Under the pieces are notes generated by a model. It ran no database searches. It saw nothing but the letters and a program-made list of their open reading frames with translations, and was not told where the DNA came from. Positions 1 through 12,551 of a stretch of 64,000 nt of DNA are shown here, one piece after another. Within the stretch, counting starts at the first letter, position 1. Each line of letters starts with the position of its first letter. A program made the translations under genes and the position numbers. Source of the DNA: Balanoglossus misakiensis (lineage: Eukaryota; Animalia; Hemichordata); assembly GCA_040954595.2 (NCBI GenBank), contig CM082585.2, forward strand, positions 9,536,564 through 9,600,563. Direction: 5' to 3'.

Positions 1-3000
1 GAAGTATTTGCCAGGGCATCAATTTGTTTACAGACACTCCTTGAGCACTTGTAATTGGATGATAAGAGAAGCAAACCGTTCTCAAAGAGACACGGGCATC
101 CGTATTAGTGGTACGTTTGGAGAGCAGCTTAAAGCCAAAACGTATAAACATACGACCATTGGAGACTTTCTGAACCGTAATGAAACCCCCCTCCTGCTCG
201 CTGTGTGCTCGAATTTTCCAATCAGTATAATTCGAATTACGGAGGTTTCAATTGACTCCCGCCGTCCGCGGCCATTATTTGAATGTGTCCGCGTATTGCA
301 ATAATTGAATAATGATGGGGTGCGTAATCATGGAAATTTTATTAAAAGTGAAAACATTATTTTAATTAATGACGTGCTTTGTGACAGCCGGGTGGGGTAA
401 GTCAATTTTGTATATAGACGAGAATGGCATGTGAGGGGGAAAGTTTGAGTTTTCAGGCGCTGATAGTCGTTTTACATGCAGACGAGACACCATCTAAATG
501 TATACAGGCAGCTCAGTTGAAAACTATATTATAGTAGGTAAACATTGCAAGTTTGAAAGCACAAATGTTAGAGTTTCCCAATAATCAATTGTCACTAACT
601 CGCCCGTTTCTTCACAAAAAGTCGCACAGACAAAGGAGGGAGCGATGTTCTTCAGTTCAAAACCGTTTTGAAATAATGATGTGATTAATTATTTATCTGT
701 TGATGTGCATGTTATATTGTGACGCAAGCAGGCGTGTCGGGCACGCGTTGCCAAGCCCTTGGGGAAATCGATTGCTAAATATTGACAAATTTCAAATTAC
801 AGCCCCTTTCGGTATCGTCAATAGAACTAATAAGAGTTAACAAATTAGTTGATAAAATATTAAGCAACGGGTTTCTTTACAATTTTTAAATGTTGTATAA
901 TCGGGCGCTACATTACTTTTAATTACGAGGACGATTGTACACATAGGAGAGGTGTTTTATGGTGCCCACACAGCAAGTTCCATGGACTCCGGTGAAACCA
1001 AAAGAAATACTGCTAATTAATGGCTCAAATTCTAATAGCGAGATTGTGATCATTGGTAACCTGAAATTTGCCCCCTTTCCTCGCAGTTCACTTTCGATGA
1101 AGCTTCGGTAGTTTGGGCGAACATGTGAGGTGCTAGACGATAAACGTGTAAGCCTAATTAGTGTAATGGCTGCGTCGCTGTTAAACGGTTCAGTGTCTTT
1201 CCAAAGAATCACACAGTCCGTGCCTGGGTGATGGGCACGCTGCTTTATAAACCACTTAACTAAATTAACAAGATGCCTTATAGATTACGCCGATCATTCG
1301 TCATGAAAAAACATTTCATTTTACGTTTCGCTTCATTTGTTTTGTTTTTTTCCCGCCAATAAAAGTCACCCACCGTGGCCGGCTGTATTAACCTTTAAAG
1401 TGTGTGAAGCCGAACAAGACAAAAAAATTGTCACTGAAAAAAACCGACGCGGAAGATTTACAGTTGTCCGTGAAAAAAAAATAGTTTGCTTGTCGTATTG
1501 TTAGAATCGAGTTTTGACGGTCCGTGTGAAATCGGATTACCTGATTTCGATCACACCTTTGACCCCAACGTTGATGATTTGTGCAGGATGGAGATTGCTT
1601 AATGACGTGTATCGTTCAGGAGTCTGCTGATTGGCCGGTGATAAAATCTAACTCCTACAAGAAATATAGTCAAATGTATAGGTAAAGGTTATGTAGGGAA
1701 AATGACGGGTCAAAAGTATGTGTCTCCCTGTATTACCCTACAATCATATTTTGTCAGGTCTTGTTAGTACCAACCTATTTATGTTCCTTTGAATATGCAA
1801 ACGTATGTTGAAGGCCGCGACACAATGAAAATGTTTTCTTTTCTATTCTATATTTCCTTTTGCATGTAGTTATAGTGCACGCGTTCCTGGCTACCCGCCA
1901 CATTCATTACACTTCTCGTCGCAAGAACAATTTTCATTTCATTCCTACAGCGTTTTTTATCTCCTTCAACAAGTTGCCAAATTTTTACTTGAATTTAGAC
2001 TAGAATTGAATATTTACTTAAGAAAACTATTTCAGAATCAATTTAAAGTCAGATTATCCACGGTCCTGCAGAATGCAGTCCTCTGTCAGTAAAAACTGAC
2101 GACCCACAAATTGGAAGACAGTTTAAAGACGCTACGAGGATCATCCATTTTTAATAGGTCATGTACAATTACAACTTAGGAAGTTTTGAAAAGTTTTATG
2201 GCGTGCTTTTAGCTTCACATTACCGGCGTTAAAAATTTAATGACCCGACTTAATCCCATTATAATACCGGGGTTATAATTACTCGTCTTCGCTTATTGAT
2301 AATGGATACTGTGTTGAATACAGTAACGCTCCGATGAACTTCTTGATTTGATGGGTTGGATGTTGGCTGGCCGCGTTCACGAGATGATGAGTTCGCCGTT
2401 ATCGGCCGCTGGTCAGACATAAAGGACTTAGTGGCGAACGGCAAGGGCACCGCCTTGCAAGTATAGTGCACTTTATGCGGCGTAATTAATTTGAGGAACA
2501 TGATCAAGCAACACGGCGTACATCGCCACCGTTAAACGGCAAAATAAAACAGCTGCGGACATCGCAAGTTCTAATCTCTGAAACACCCTTGAACACTCTT
2601 CAAACGTTTACGGCCAGACAGTCGTCTGGAATAAAGCGTTTTGTATCAGTGCGTCGTGCTGTTAAACACAACCATGGACACTTGTCCCCTTCACCCGCCA
2701 ACGTCACGTTCATACGGTAAAATTCCATTATTGATTAATTGACCTTAAATTTACCTTTCGCCGAACAAATATCGGCCTTGGGGTTCACTCATGACTAGTC
2801 ATTTCGACATACTCGGACTCAACAACGCCTCGCTATTGTTTGTGACAACTGGAGTGTAGAAATGCCGTTCAGGTTCAATATGAAGTTTAATTTCAATTAC
2901 CATTATTGCACAGGGGGCTCGCCCAACCATGACTTTGCTCGCGTCTGACACACATAAGTTTGACTGTTTCTTGTATCTCATGCACAACATGACTTAGGCC

Positions 3001-5894
3001 TATTGCCCATAATTTAAACACGTCCAACTACTTGTAGGCTGTTATTATCGGCCATTAACAGACAAGATGTACCAACTGTAGTTTTACTTAAGACAACAAC
3101 CATAATGTGCATGGATGCAAGATACGAACCATATTTCTTCACGTGTTGCAGTGAAACAATCGTGCGCAACGACGACTATCTATAGTATCAGAACTTTACT
3201 CCAAGATGTATTTTCTAGGACACCGTCTATACACACGCGGTCTGCAGCCAACATATATAATGGCACCGAGATTTTGTCTGGCAATTATAATTACAGAGAG
3301 AAACGGAAGATTTAATCCAAGATACGAAACATTCCGCGAGGTTTTAATCTCTGTTCCGGGCAGAGATCCCGATAAGTTTCCTTTCTTTCCGAAGTCGCGG
3401 TAATAAAATTGACCGATTGTGAGGCGGCGATAAAAACAGCCCCATTTCCCCATGGACAAAATGCAATTTTCTCTTCTGTATAACACCCAATAATTGGAGC
3501 GTTCACTCGAGTTAATTTCTCCAGCGCTTACACTGGAAATTGACACTAATAACTCAACGCAATAATTGATTTTGTTTATTGCTTTCTGCAGTGGTCCAGC
3601 ACGCTTAATATGAAGTCCCTACAATAACAGATTAGACCATCTTAATTTGATTAATTAAGGCATTCTACAGTCGACGGCGGACACCCAGGGCTCGCCGTGG
3701 CCCCTATTCTAAGTCAATTAATTAGCGGACTGTATGAGTGCGTCGTAAGTTGATACTGCAATTTTCTTTCATAGTAATTACTAAAGGTCCCCATTGAAGC
3801 ATGCTAACTTGAAAGGCTGGGCTTTATTCGGTCCGCCAAAATCATTTCTAACTTGAGAATGGCGAGTATCGGGTAACTGAGTTAGTAGGGGATAGGAAAT
3901 TAGAAAGTTATTAATAAAATCCGTTGTAGCGAATAAAAAGCACGTTGAAGGAACTGGTCTACATGTGGTCGACCAATATTTGATGTCTAAGAATTGGATA
4001 ATTGTTACTCAAAACATCTCCGACTTAAAACGGTTATAACATTTTCACCCGGGGTCATCGATTTGATTGTATAGTGCGAAATACATTTGTCTTTTAATTT
4101 TGGAGTGTTGAGATATCAATTTGGCATGTAATTTTGTTTATTTTGGAAACTTAGGCAAATATTGTTTATTTTGTGGATGAAATAAAATCTGCCTACTCAA
4201 GAATAATTCCCAATTTAAATGTCACCGTTTGCTTAGTCTCTAGTGTAAATGGGTTTATTTGATCCAGGTTTATACGATGAGGGGTATTTGTACATTCCTA
4301 TATTCTCTTTCTGGTAACATACCCAAATTTTCCCTATGTAGGGTTTAATGAATTCTAAATGCCAATCGCTCTGTAGCATGCACTGCGGCCTGGCCACGAC
4401 TGCCGCTCCGAATACTTGCCCTGGGGGAGGGGGCGTTGTGTTTTGATCACGCGTAATTAAACAGACGTGAACTGCAGATGAACTGGACACGCAGCCACAT
4501 GCAGAGGGGTATCCCTCCCGACTTAGTAGGCCGGCGCACGGCGAATAGACTAGAAAGGACACGGCTCAAGTTAGACATGGGATAATGAATCTAATCTGAA
4601 CTAGTCATCCGGTAGACTGCAAATCGCGGATGAAATCCGGGAATTAAATCTCCTCCTTCGGATGGCTAATCCGTGACATCAGACAATGCGCGGGTACATT
4701 TATATCAATTAGAACCACAAAAAAACAGACCGAGCTGCTTTAGCTTCTCCGCGCTAATAGATCTTAAATGTGCCGGCGGAAAGCTATCTTAAACCCGTAG
4801 AGTCCTTCTCTTTCGTTAAAAAAATATGAAACAAAACAGGCGAGGGTTGGGACGTCTAAAGTTTGCCAATCCTAATAAACCGATCGGAGATCCTATCGGG
4901 AAAAATAGTTCGCCCTTACAAGATTTCGGGAATTCCACACAAGTTTCCGACCTAAACAGGACTGAATAAAACAGTTTCCAACGATATCCTGTCGTTTAAA
5001 CTTCTGCGTTTTAGCGACCCGCAACAATTTGAAGGGTGGCTAGAGACGGCGCCTGTCCCGGCGGGTTAGCGCAAACCGATAGTGTGATTGCGCGGAGTAA
5101 TACCACTTAGCGTGTGACAATACGGCTAATTGGATGGATTGGATGAAATGATGCATGTATTGACTAATACCCGTCAATGGGGGCTGCTCAATGGTAAACT
5201 CGTGACCATTGTTTGCTGGGAAGCGCCAATCTCATGTATAAGACGAGTTCAAACCAAGCCGACGGGGAAAATTCGATTCATTAGCATCTGCGAACGCCTC
5301 TGAAGGTACCGAGAAGGCGACGGCATTTCCAATCTTATTGTAATAGTAAAATCTCAAAGATTAAAGATAACAGATGCGGTTGGTGCAGGGAGCGTGTGTG
5401 TATAGGGGAATGCCTGAACAGTTTCCAGTTAAACCTGTTACCATACTACAGTTCATCAAAGATGAGCAAATCTGTTCTTCACACAGAAAATCTACGAAGC
5501 TAGACAGTAAACTCTGTAGTTTGTTAATTGTCTAGAAACACGGCAGAGTTTACTTTTACTATGCATGTATACTTTGTGTCCACCATATTAAAGCGATGTG
5601 GTGAATCATTATCTCATAGGCGTTGTTTATGGTCGATCATTTTTGGCGGGATTTCGAAATCAGGGGAAACATAAAAAGTGCTGTACCAATCAGCGATACA
5701 AGATCCAATCGCACACGAATGTCAAGAAAGTATGCGCCCCTCTTTTTTCTCTCAATTCCCATGACGTCATGGGGCTAGCAAATCATATCTTGACGACAGC
5801 AAACTCTCAACTTATTAAAGTGTCACCTTTTATTCTAACTTAACGACTTTTATTCGAAAACTAATCATGATTAATTGTTTTCCATTCCTTTCAG

Positions 5895-7556
5895 GTGTGG
5901 TTTCAGAACAGAAGAGCCAAATGTCGAAAACAAGAAAATCAGATGCAAAAAGGTGGGATATTTATCAATTAATTAATTAATTTTTCTTTTTGCATAGGAA
6001 TGTAAATTTCGTAAGAAAGAAAACACCGCCATATTTTGTATCGCGCTCAAAAACAAGTACGATTTTGAGAGCTCACATCTTGTCCAATTATTTTCCTAAG
6101 ACGCGACGTTACAATCGTCATCATTGCTATAGTAACTGCAAATCAATTTCAGATATGGTCCCAATCAGTCTTCCAATAATTATTCATGCTTTTAACTCTA
6201 AATAAACCAAATCGTTCTGGAGGCGCTAAAAGCTGACACCGAAGCTTAATTCAATTAAATTTATAGTGTTATTAATTATCGACGGTTGTATATTAATACG
6301 TACTTGGGGTTTATTGATAATGATCCATAATTTCATTAGCGGGTATTGAATAATAAAAGGTTGGATTGACTGAAGCATATAAATATTATAACAAATAATT
6401 TAATAGAACAGGGCGGTGACTTTTGATGGGAATTTTATTGCTTGGTTCTATTGATAGAGTGTGTTAGATTAATTGACTGTACATCAAAGTGACGGCACGG
6501 GTGATATACTGCTTGTCTGAGAGTATGTAAGCAATTCCGGCGGTGTTTCGGGGTCCTCTTGGTGTACGTGTGTGAAAGGCTATGCAGACGATATGCAGAC
6601 CTTAAAACAAAATAGACTGTTCTAACCACTTTCTGATGGAATACGGGGCGGGAAATCAAAACATAAAGAACAAAGACAGCTGAATGAGAATTAAGTCCAT
6701 CGGAAGGAAAAGACGTCGATTAAATCAAATGCGGAAAATCGGCTTTCCATGAAAATGCGCCGCCAGGTGAAGTTAGACAGATTAATTGAAGTTGTAGGCA
6801 TTTATTAGCCGTATTTTAATTACTATTTCTCAGGCTGGGAGGCTCGTTAATTGAATCGCAGTGTGTTTTGTCAGCACAGAAAATGCCCGTGTCTTGCCAA
6901 CGATAATGATCGTTCTAACGTGCTTGGATTATCAGCTGGCGTGTCGTGTATTCTCAATAACAGACCTTCGTCCTGTCAAGGGTCTGGTGTATGTCGGATG
7001 TTATCGGTGTTGCGTGAGATTCCGACAATGCGCTGTACATGTACGATCATTTTTGTACTGGTCTATCACCTTTACTGCTCCCGAATTTTGCGTATGATGA
7101 AAGTGTATATGTCTGGCTACCTCCATGGTTAAACATAGCACCCCCTGTCGCCAGCCTATACCTAGCCTGAACAAATCGACGGAATTATGGAAAATTCAAT
7201 ATAAAACCTAACAATCAATTTTATTTTTAGGAATCTTATTAAACGCCGGGGTTGATACCTGTCGCGTCGCTCCTTACGTCAACATGGGAGCAGTGAGAAT
7301 GCCGTTCGAGAGGGTCCAGGCTCATTTACATTTGAATGGGGCGTCGTCGGCAAGTGCCATGGTGACACCGACCAGCGCCGCCACCTTCATATCGCCGTCA
7401 CATTCCATGGTGATGTTCCCACATCCGGGGTTTCCGGTGGCCATGACGACGCTGCTGGACACCTCCAAGTCGGCGAAGAGCTCCAGCATCGCCGATCTCC
7501 GCCTGAAGGCTCGGAAACACGCCGCTGCCTTGGGGTTGCGTCACCTCGCCTTGTGA
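5895..7556 (+). CDS. shox: Short stature homeobox (Shox/Shox2 family), last two coding exons (5895-5952, 7231-7556); upstream exons appear to lie outside the window
   Basis: Exon 5895-5952 (tttcag|, |gtggg) encodes homeodomain helix 3 [19 protein letters not shown]. It splices in phase 1 to [26 protein letters not shown], ending in the OAR motif [21 protein letters not shown]. These segments match SHOX/SHOX2 closely. Confidence 0.95.
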
Positions 7557-8164
7557 CTGGCTGCCGGACTCGAGGCGGCATCGGATACCGGCGAATTCGC
7601 TTATCTATCAGACTCGTTCCCTTCTGAATTTTTCGAACGAGGTTTCTGGTCAGGAACATAGTCACAAAGCAAGTACGTCTGGTCGACGGCAGACGTCATT
7701 CACCCAGTAAAGGCGGTAGAAGTATACAGTAATACCTCAGACGATTCTTCTCAGAAGAAAGTTGTTTTACTCAAAGACACTGCAACGCAGTGATTGGTTG
7801 GCATAATTTGATGATGACGTAGCCATCAGCCAATGAGAATCGTCACCAAGAACTCTATAGCCATTTATGGCCATTTTCAAATTATAACATGGTTTTGACA
7901 GCTTTCATTATTTTGCACATTTGGTACGTCAAGCATAATCACATAGACTTTCAACAGCTCCAAGATATACACATTTTCTCGATAAAAAGTAGATGTTCGT
8001 AGATTTCGTTCAGTAAGTATAATAGTGCACACAATTTCACTCATGTTTGTCTTAGTGACAAACTTTTGCAACAAATGTTCGTGTATACATGTATATGATT
8101 GTCATTACTCCTTTTACCCATATGAATGTTCAACATATCTCATACATGTTTTTTTTTTCTGTCA

Positions 8165-8170
8165 AATAAA
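8165..8170 (+). terminator. Probable Shox polyadenylation signal (AATAAA)
   Basis: AATAAA about 610 nt after the Shox stop, following an AT-rich 3' UTR, with GT/T-rich sequence downstream. Confidence 0.55.
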
Positions 8171-8393
8171 AGTCTAAGCATTTCTGCGATAGTAAGCGTC
8201 TTGTTTTCAACCATGAAAGCTCTCTTCCCGTATTCTCTTACACTTTAAAGATATACAACTACAAGTACACAGTTACCATAGAACGTGGAGGTCTGGCCAA
8301 TCACAGATTTTCCAAGGCTCCCTCTCAAAACAAATACACCGATTTCTATTAATCATTAAATCGGGTCAGACTGGGTCGGAGCTTGTATACAAT

Positions 8394-11300
8394 ATGGCGG
8401 GGACGGCGTGGTTACTGGCAGTTTTGGTCTGCCTTGTCGGAGCTGACTTCACAGAGTCGGCCCGACTGCTCGTTCTGCCGAAGTACGGGGTCGATCGGAC
8501 GAACGGGCTCGTAACAGTGGCCGACAGCTTGGCAAGAGACGGTCACGACGTGACCATGTTGCTGCCGTCCTGTGACGGGCTCGCCGGTCGGAAACCGCTT
8601 GAAGCGCGGCGATACAAAGTGAAGACGATCGGTGTCCGAATGACGGCGACCGAATTCGAGGCCGCACACGACACCCTCGTCCAACAGTCGCTGAGCGACG
8701 AACCGTCTTTCGCCCTTCTGAAGGGTTTCTCCAAGACCATGGCAACTGTGTGCCAGCAAATGTTCGACAATCCGGCAAGTCTGACGGACCTGCGCGGAAT
8801 GAAGAAATTTGACCTAGCGATTGTGGATACTGCCTCAACATGTGGACTACTCTTCACCTCGTACTTTGAAACCCCTTTTATCGGTTTCGCCTTCACAACT
8901 TCCGAGAGCAATCAATGGCACGCCCCAACACCGGCGTCCTACGTGCCACAGCCCGGCACCGGTCTTCGCGACCGCATGACATTCTCCGAACGCCTACAAA
9001 ACACCCTCATGTACTTAGCCTCGGACTCCCTGAGAGATTATCTAGAATATTCATTCTACCGCGACATTCAGACAAAGCAAGACCTGAGTCGACATTTAAA
9101 GATTCAGAACATACAATCGCAGGCCAAGCTATGGTTTTGGAATTCAGATTTCGCGCTCGATTTTCCCAGACCTCTGATGCCACACGTCATACCCGTCGGT
9201 GCCGTCACAGCGGCACCTGCAAAACCGTTGTCCAAGGTAGGTCGGAAATGACAGTGGGGCGACATGGTACATTTGAATCTGTGAATCATTACACGCTAGC
9301 GCGGCAGTTACAATATTTTTAGCAAAAATACCATTTAGACCTATCTCCTTTTGCGAATGACAAGTATATTTTCATATACAACACTTTAAAAAGTTAACTT
9401 ATTTTACTTAGCAAAGCCCACAATTTAAAGTCCCTAATAATTAATTGCGACACGTTTACTTTTCCGCTCTTATATCGTTGTATCAATATTATTTGTTAAG
9501 TTAGTTAACCCTGATGTTTAAAATTAACTGTTTGTGTCGACAGGTTGGAAGATTCTTTGCGAAATAGTGTAGAAGGGGGACCTCTTGTAATAATTTCGTT
9601 CATATCGTTGTTCTCGCGGGGCATTTTCTGAACGAAAGCGTCCATATTATGCAAATTCTACAACGTATCCTAGCCGCGGCACACGAAGTTTAGTATATTT
9701 TCCCCGGATAAGATAGCGCGCCTAATAAATGATGTTCTCTATAGGTTTTACATGCGTCGCGAACATGAAGAGATGCTATCTTGTTCTGGGAAAATTTCAA
9801 AAGTGCAACTATGCTACATTACGAGTTATATGTGAAGTTGGTGTCTGCTTACTTGCTTGGTGGAACGGACTTCGGCATACTTGAAGGAACGGCAGTTTCT
9901 GTCGGCCCAGTCCTGCACATTTTCCCCGAAAAGTTGTCGTCCAACATCCTAGAACAACCAGTCATCCTCGTCAGCCTCTTTTTGGTTTTCTGCTTCACTT
10001 CTGAACGTGTTTTGGGGGTAAAAATACTTCTTCGGCACGACGTTTTCGCCGTGGAAGCATTATGCGTGAAGGGGGAGCTAATTTGCATCTCGCGTGACCA
10101 CCCAACTACGTGGAAACATCTCAGTATATTCACACCTGTACACGTTTATTGATTGGCTGACACTAGTGACAGGAAAGCACTATGTCCTCCATGATTGGCC
10201 ATGTTTAAACCAATCATGTTGACGCATTGCAAGCCGGCGTGTCTACCCGAAGCGTAGGACGGTAGCCTGTGAGAAAATGTTGATGATCGCCCCCAAGCGA
10301 CAAACCCGTCGGTCACCAGACAGACATTTCAGACGTCTAGACCAACAGGTGTTTAAACTTTCTTCGGCTAAACAGATGACAGAATTAGGATAATTTATTA
10401 ATTACTTGTTTTGTTGAATAATGAGCACAACTGTACACGCCGTACTTGATTGGCTAACGGGAAAGCACTGCGGTGCTTCATGATTGGTCAACGTTTTACA
10501 CCAGGTGTTGTTGACGTGTGGATGCGTCTGAACGATTGCCTGGTCTAGAGTAATCCTTCAGATATTAGACGCCACTCTGTCTGCGGGCGTGGGCCCAGGT
10601 GTTGCGTATTGTTCTCGATTAACCTTCGCCCAAATTGTGGGTCACTGGTCAGGTCTGTGCGATTTTTCTGACGATCGCCCTCAAGCGACATACTTAAAAA
10701 TGCTGGATTGTTTGAATGATCAGATTGGTTGATTTTCACCTTACAGGATCTGAACGAGTTTCTTGAAGGATCTCTGGAGACAGGGACTGTTATATTCTCA
10801 CATGTAAAAGACGTGGGACCTGAACTGAGCCAGATCATAGCATCAGCCTTAGCAAAACTTCCACAAAGGGTTGTATGGAGACACACAGGTGATCCACCAA
10901 AGCAACTTGGCAAAAATATCAAAGTGATGTCATGGATACCGCAAAATGATTTGTTGGGTCAGTGACTTCATCCAGATTCCCAGATCAAATTTTCCAACAC
11001 AAAATGAAAAAAAAGCAATGACCTCTCCACTGTCATGACAAGGAAGGAATAGTACCATCGTTTTTGTGAGTTAATTTTAAAACAAAATTTCTTAAGCTTT
11101 CTTGAACTTGATTTTGTTCATTTTATGCTCATTCTAGCCAATCACAGCACACGACTCTTGGTGACCCATGGCGGGCCGAACAGCATACAAGAGAGCGTTT
11201 ACCACGGTGTGCCAATCCTGTGTTTGCCGCTATTCGACGAGCACTTTGATTTCGCAGTGAAAGTAAAAGCAAGTGGGATCGGAGACTACATGGACATTCA

Positions 11301-11762
11301 CACTGTGACCTCAGAAACGTTACATCAAAAGATGGCTGACATGATAACAAATACAAGGTAGGACAACAATGGTAATAAGAATATACTTTTGTATCAAAAC
11401 TTCTTACCTTATATGTTGTTGAATAAAACAGATTTAGTAGTATTTGCTTTATTCATGTGTTCTGGTTACCATGCCTTCACAGGTACCGACAGACAGCAAA
11501 GAAATTATCATCCATGCGCAAGAACAAACCACTGAACGCCATGGAAACCGTGACCTACTGGGTGAACTACGCATCGAAACATGGCACAGACCACCTGATA
11601 TCTCGAGCACCAAACCTCAAATGGTATCAGTACTATCTGCTCGATGTTGCTGTTTTCCTCTTCGCTGTCGTTGTCTTTGCTGTCTATGTGGTTAGGAGGG
11701 CCTGGAGGTTTATTCGCAGACAATGCTGCAGAAAAGAGGAGAAAAAGGCGAAGAGGGACTGA
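8394..11762 (+). CDS. ER membrane UDP-glycosyltransferase (GT1), UGT8/ceramide galactosyltransferase-like; exons 8394-9236, 10747-10957, 11138-11357, 11483-11762
   Basis: Signal peptide, GHDVT motif, PASYVP and DRMTFSERLQN, DFPRPLMP, UGT signature WIPQNDLL...THGG.NS..E...HGVP....PLFDEH, C-terminal TM helix and basic tail KKAKRD. All junctions are GT-AG and in frame. Confidence 0.93.
10131..10693. repeat. Diverged direct duplication in UGT intron 1 carrying paired CCAAT (ATTGG) boxes
   Basis: cacacctgtacacg..ttgattggct..ggaaagcact..catgattgg..gttgacg..gatcgccc.caagcgaca occurs at about 10131-10306 and again at about 10426-10693. Confidence 0.7.
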
Positions 11763-12551
11763 AAGTTTCGTGGTGTATATGCCAGTATAACTCGACAGAC
11801 CAGCAAATACTGCCATTATTAGGAAAACCTGAAATTGCCTCTTTGCCATTGTGAAGTGTGTACAGTATTCAAGCTTGTTCTTCAAAAAAGTTTTGTACGC
11901 TAAGACAAAATAAGCCATTCTGGGTAGCATTTTGGCAAAGTAAGAACGAAAATCATGACAAACATTTTATTCTGATATTCAACAATACATTGTAACGAAT
12001 TAAAAATAATTACAAAACCAACTTGTAAAAATACGGAAACTTTGCAATTTATAGAAAACACATGAATACAAAATTTGACAAAGCATTATTTTCAAACCAA
12101 GACATCAATGGTTTTAAATTGTCTCCTTCATACAACACAGTAAAACATTTTACTGAAGAAATGATATAAATAATGCTTAATTTCATGCATACAGCCTGAG
12201 TTTAAGTACATGAGATATGATACATCTTTGGTTTGAGCTTGGCCAACATCAGAAATTTAAGCTTATTACACTCTGGATGCTGTAAACCATAATTCTTATT
12301 TTCTGAATGCACTGGAAGGCTCCATCAGTGCATAAGACTGATCATTGAATTGCAAACAACTTTCGCAAATTTTTAGACTGCCACATTCAAACTTCACAAA
12401 GTAAACAAAAATGGATGGAATGCTGATGAAAAAATAAAAAAAAGTTGACACTGCTGAGGAAAAAAATACATCACAACAGCCGCAACTGGTATCAATTTCG
12501 AAATAAGGCAAGACTTCACTCACTGGGGAAATTTAGATTCACGGAATATGG

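Noticed and set aside
1-5894. Short ORFs upstream of the Shox helix-3 exon
   Set aside because: None encodes homeodomain helices 1-2 or any recognisable domain, so the region is treated as Shox intron.
8412-8911. Antisense ORFs over UGT exon 1
   Set aside because: They are shadow ORFs of a GC-rich coding exon.
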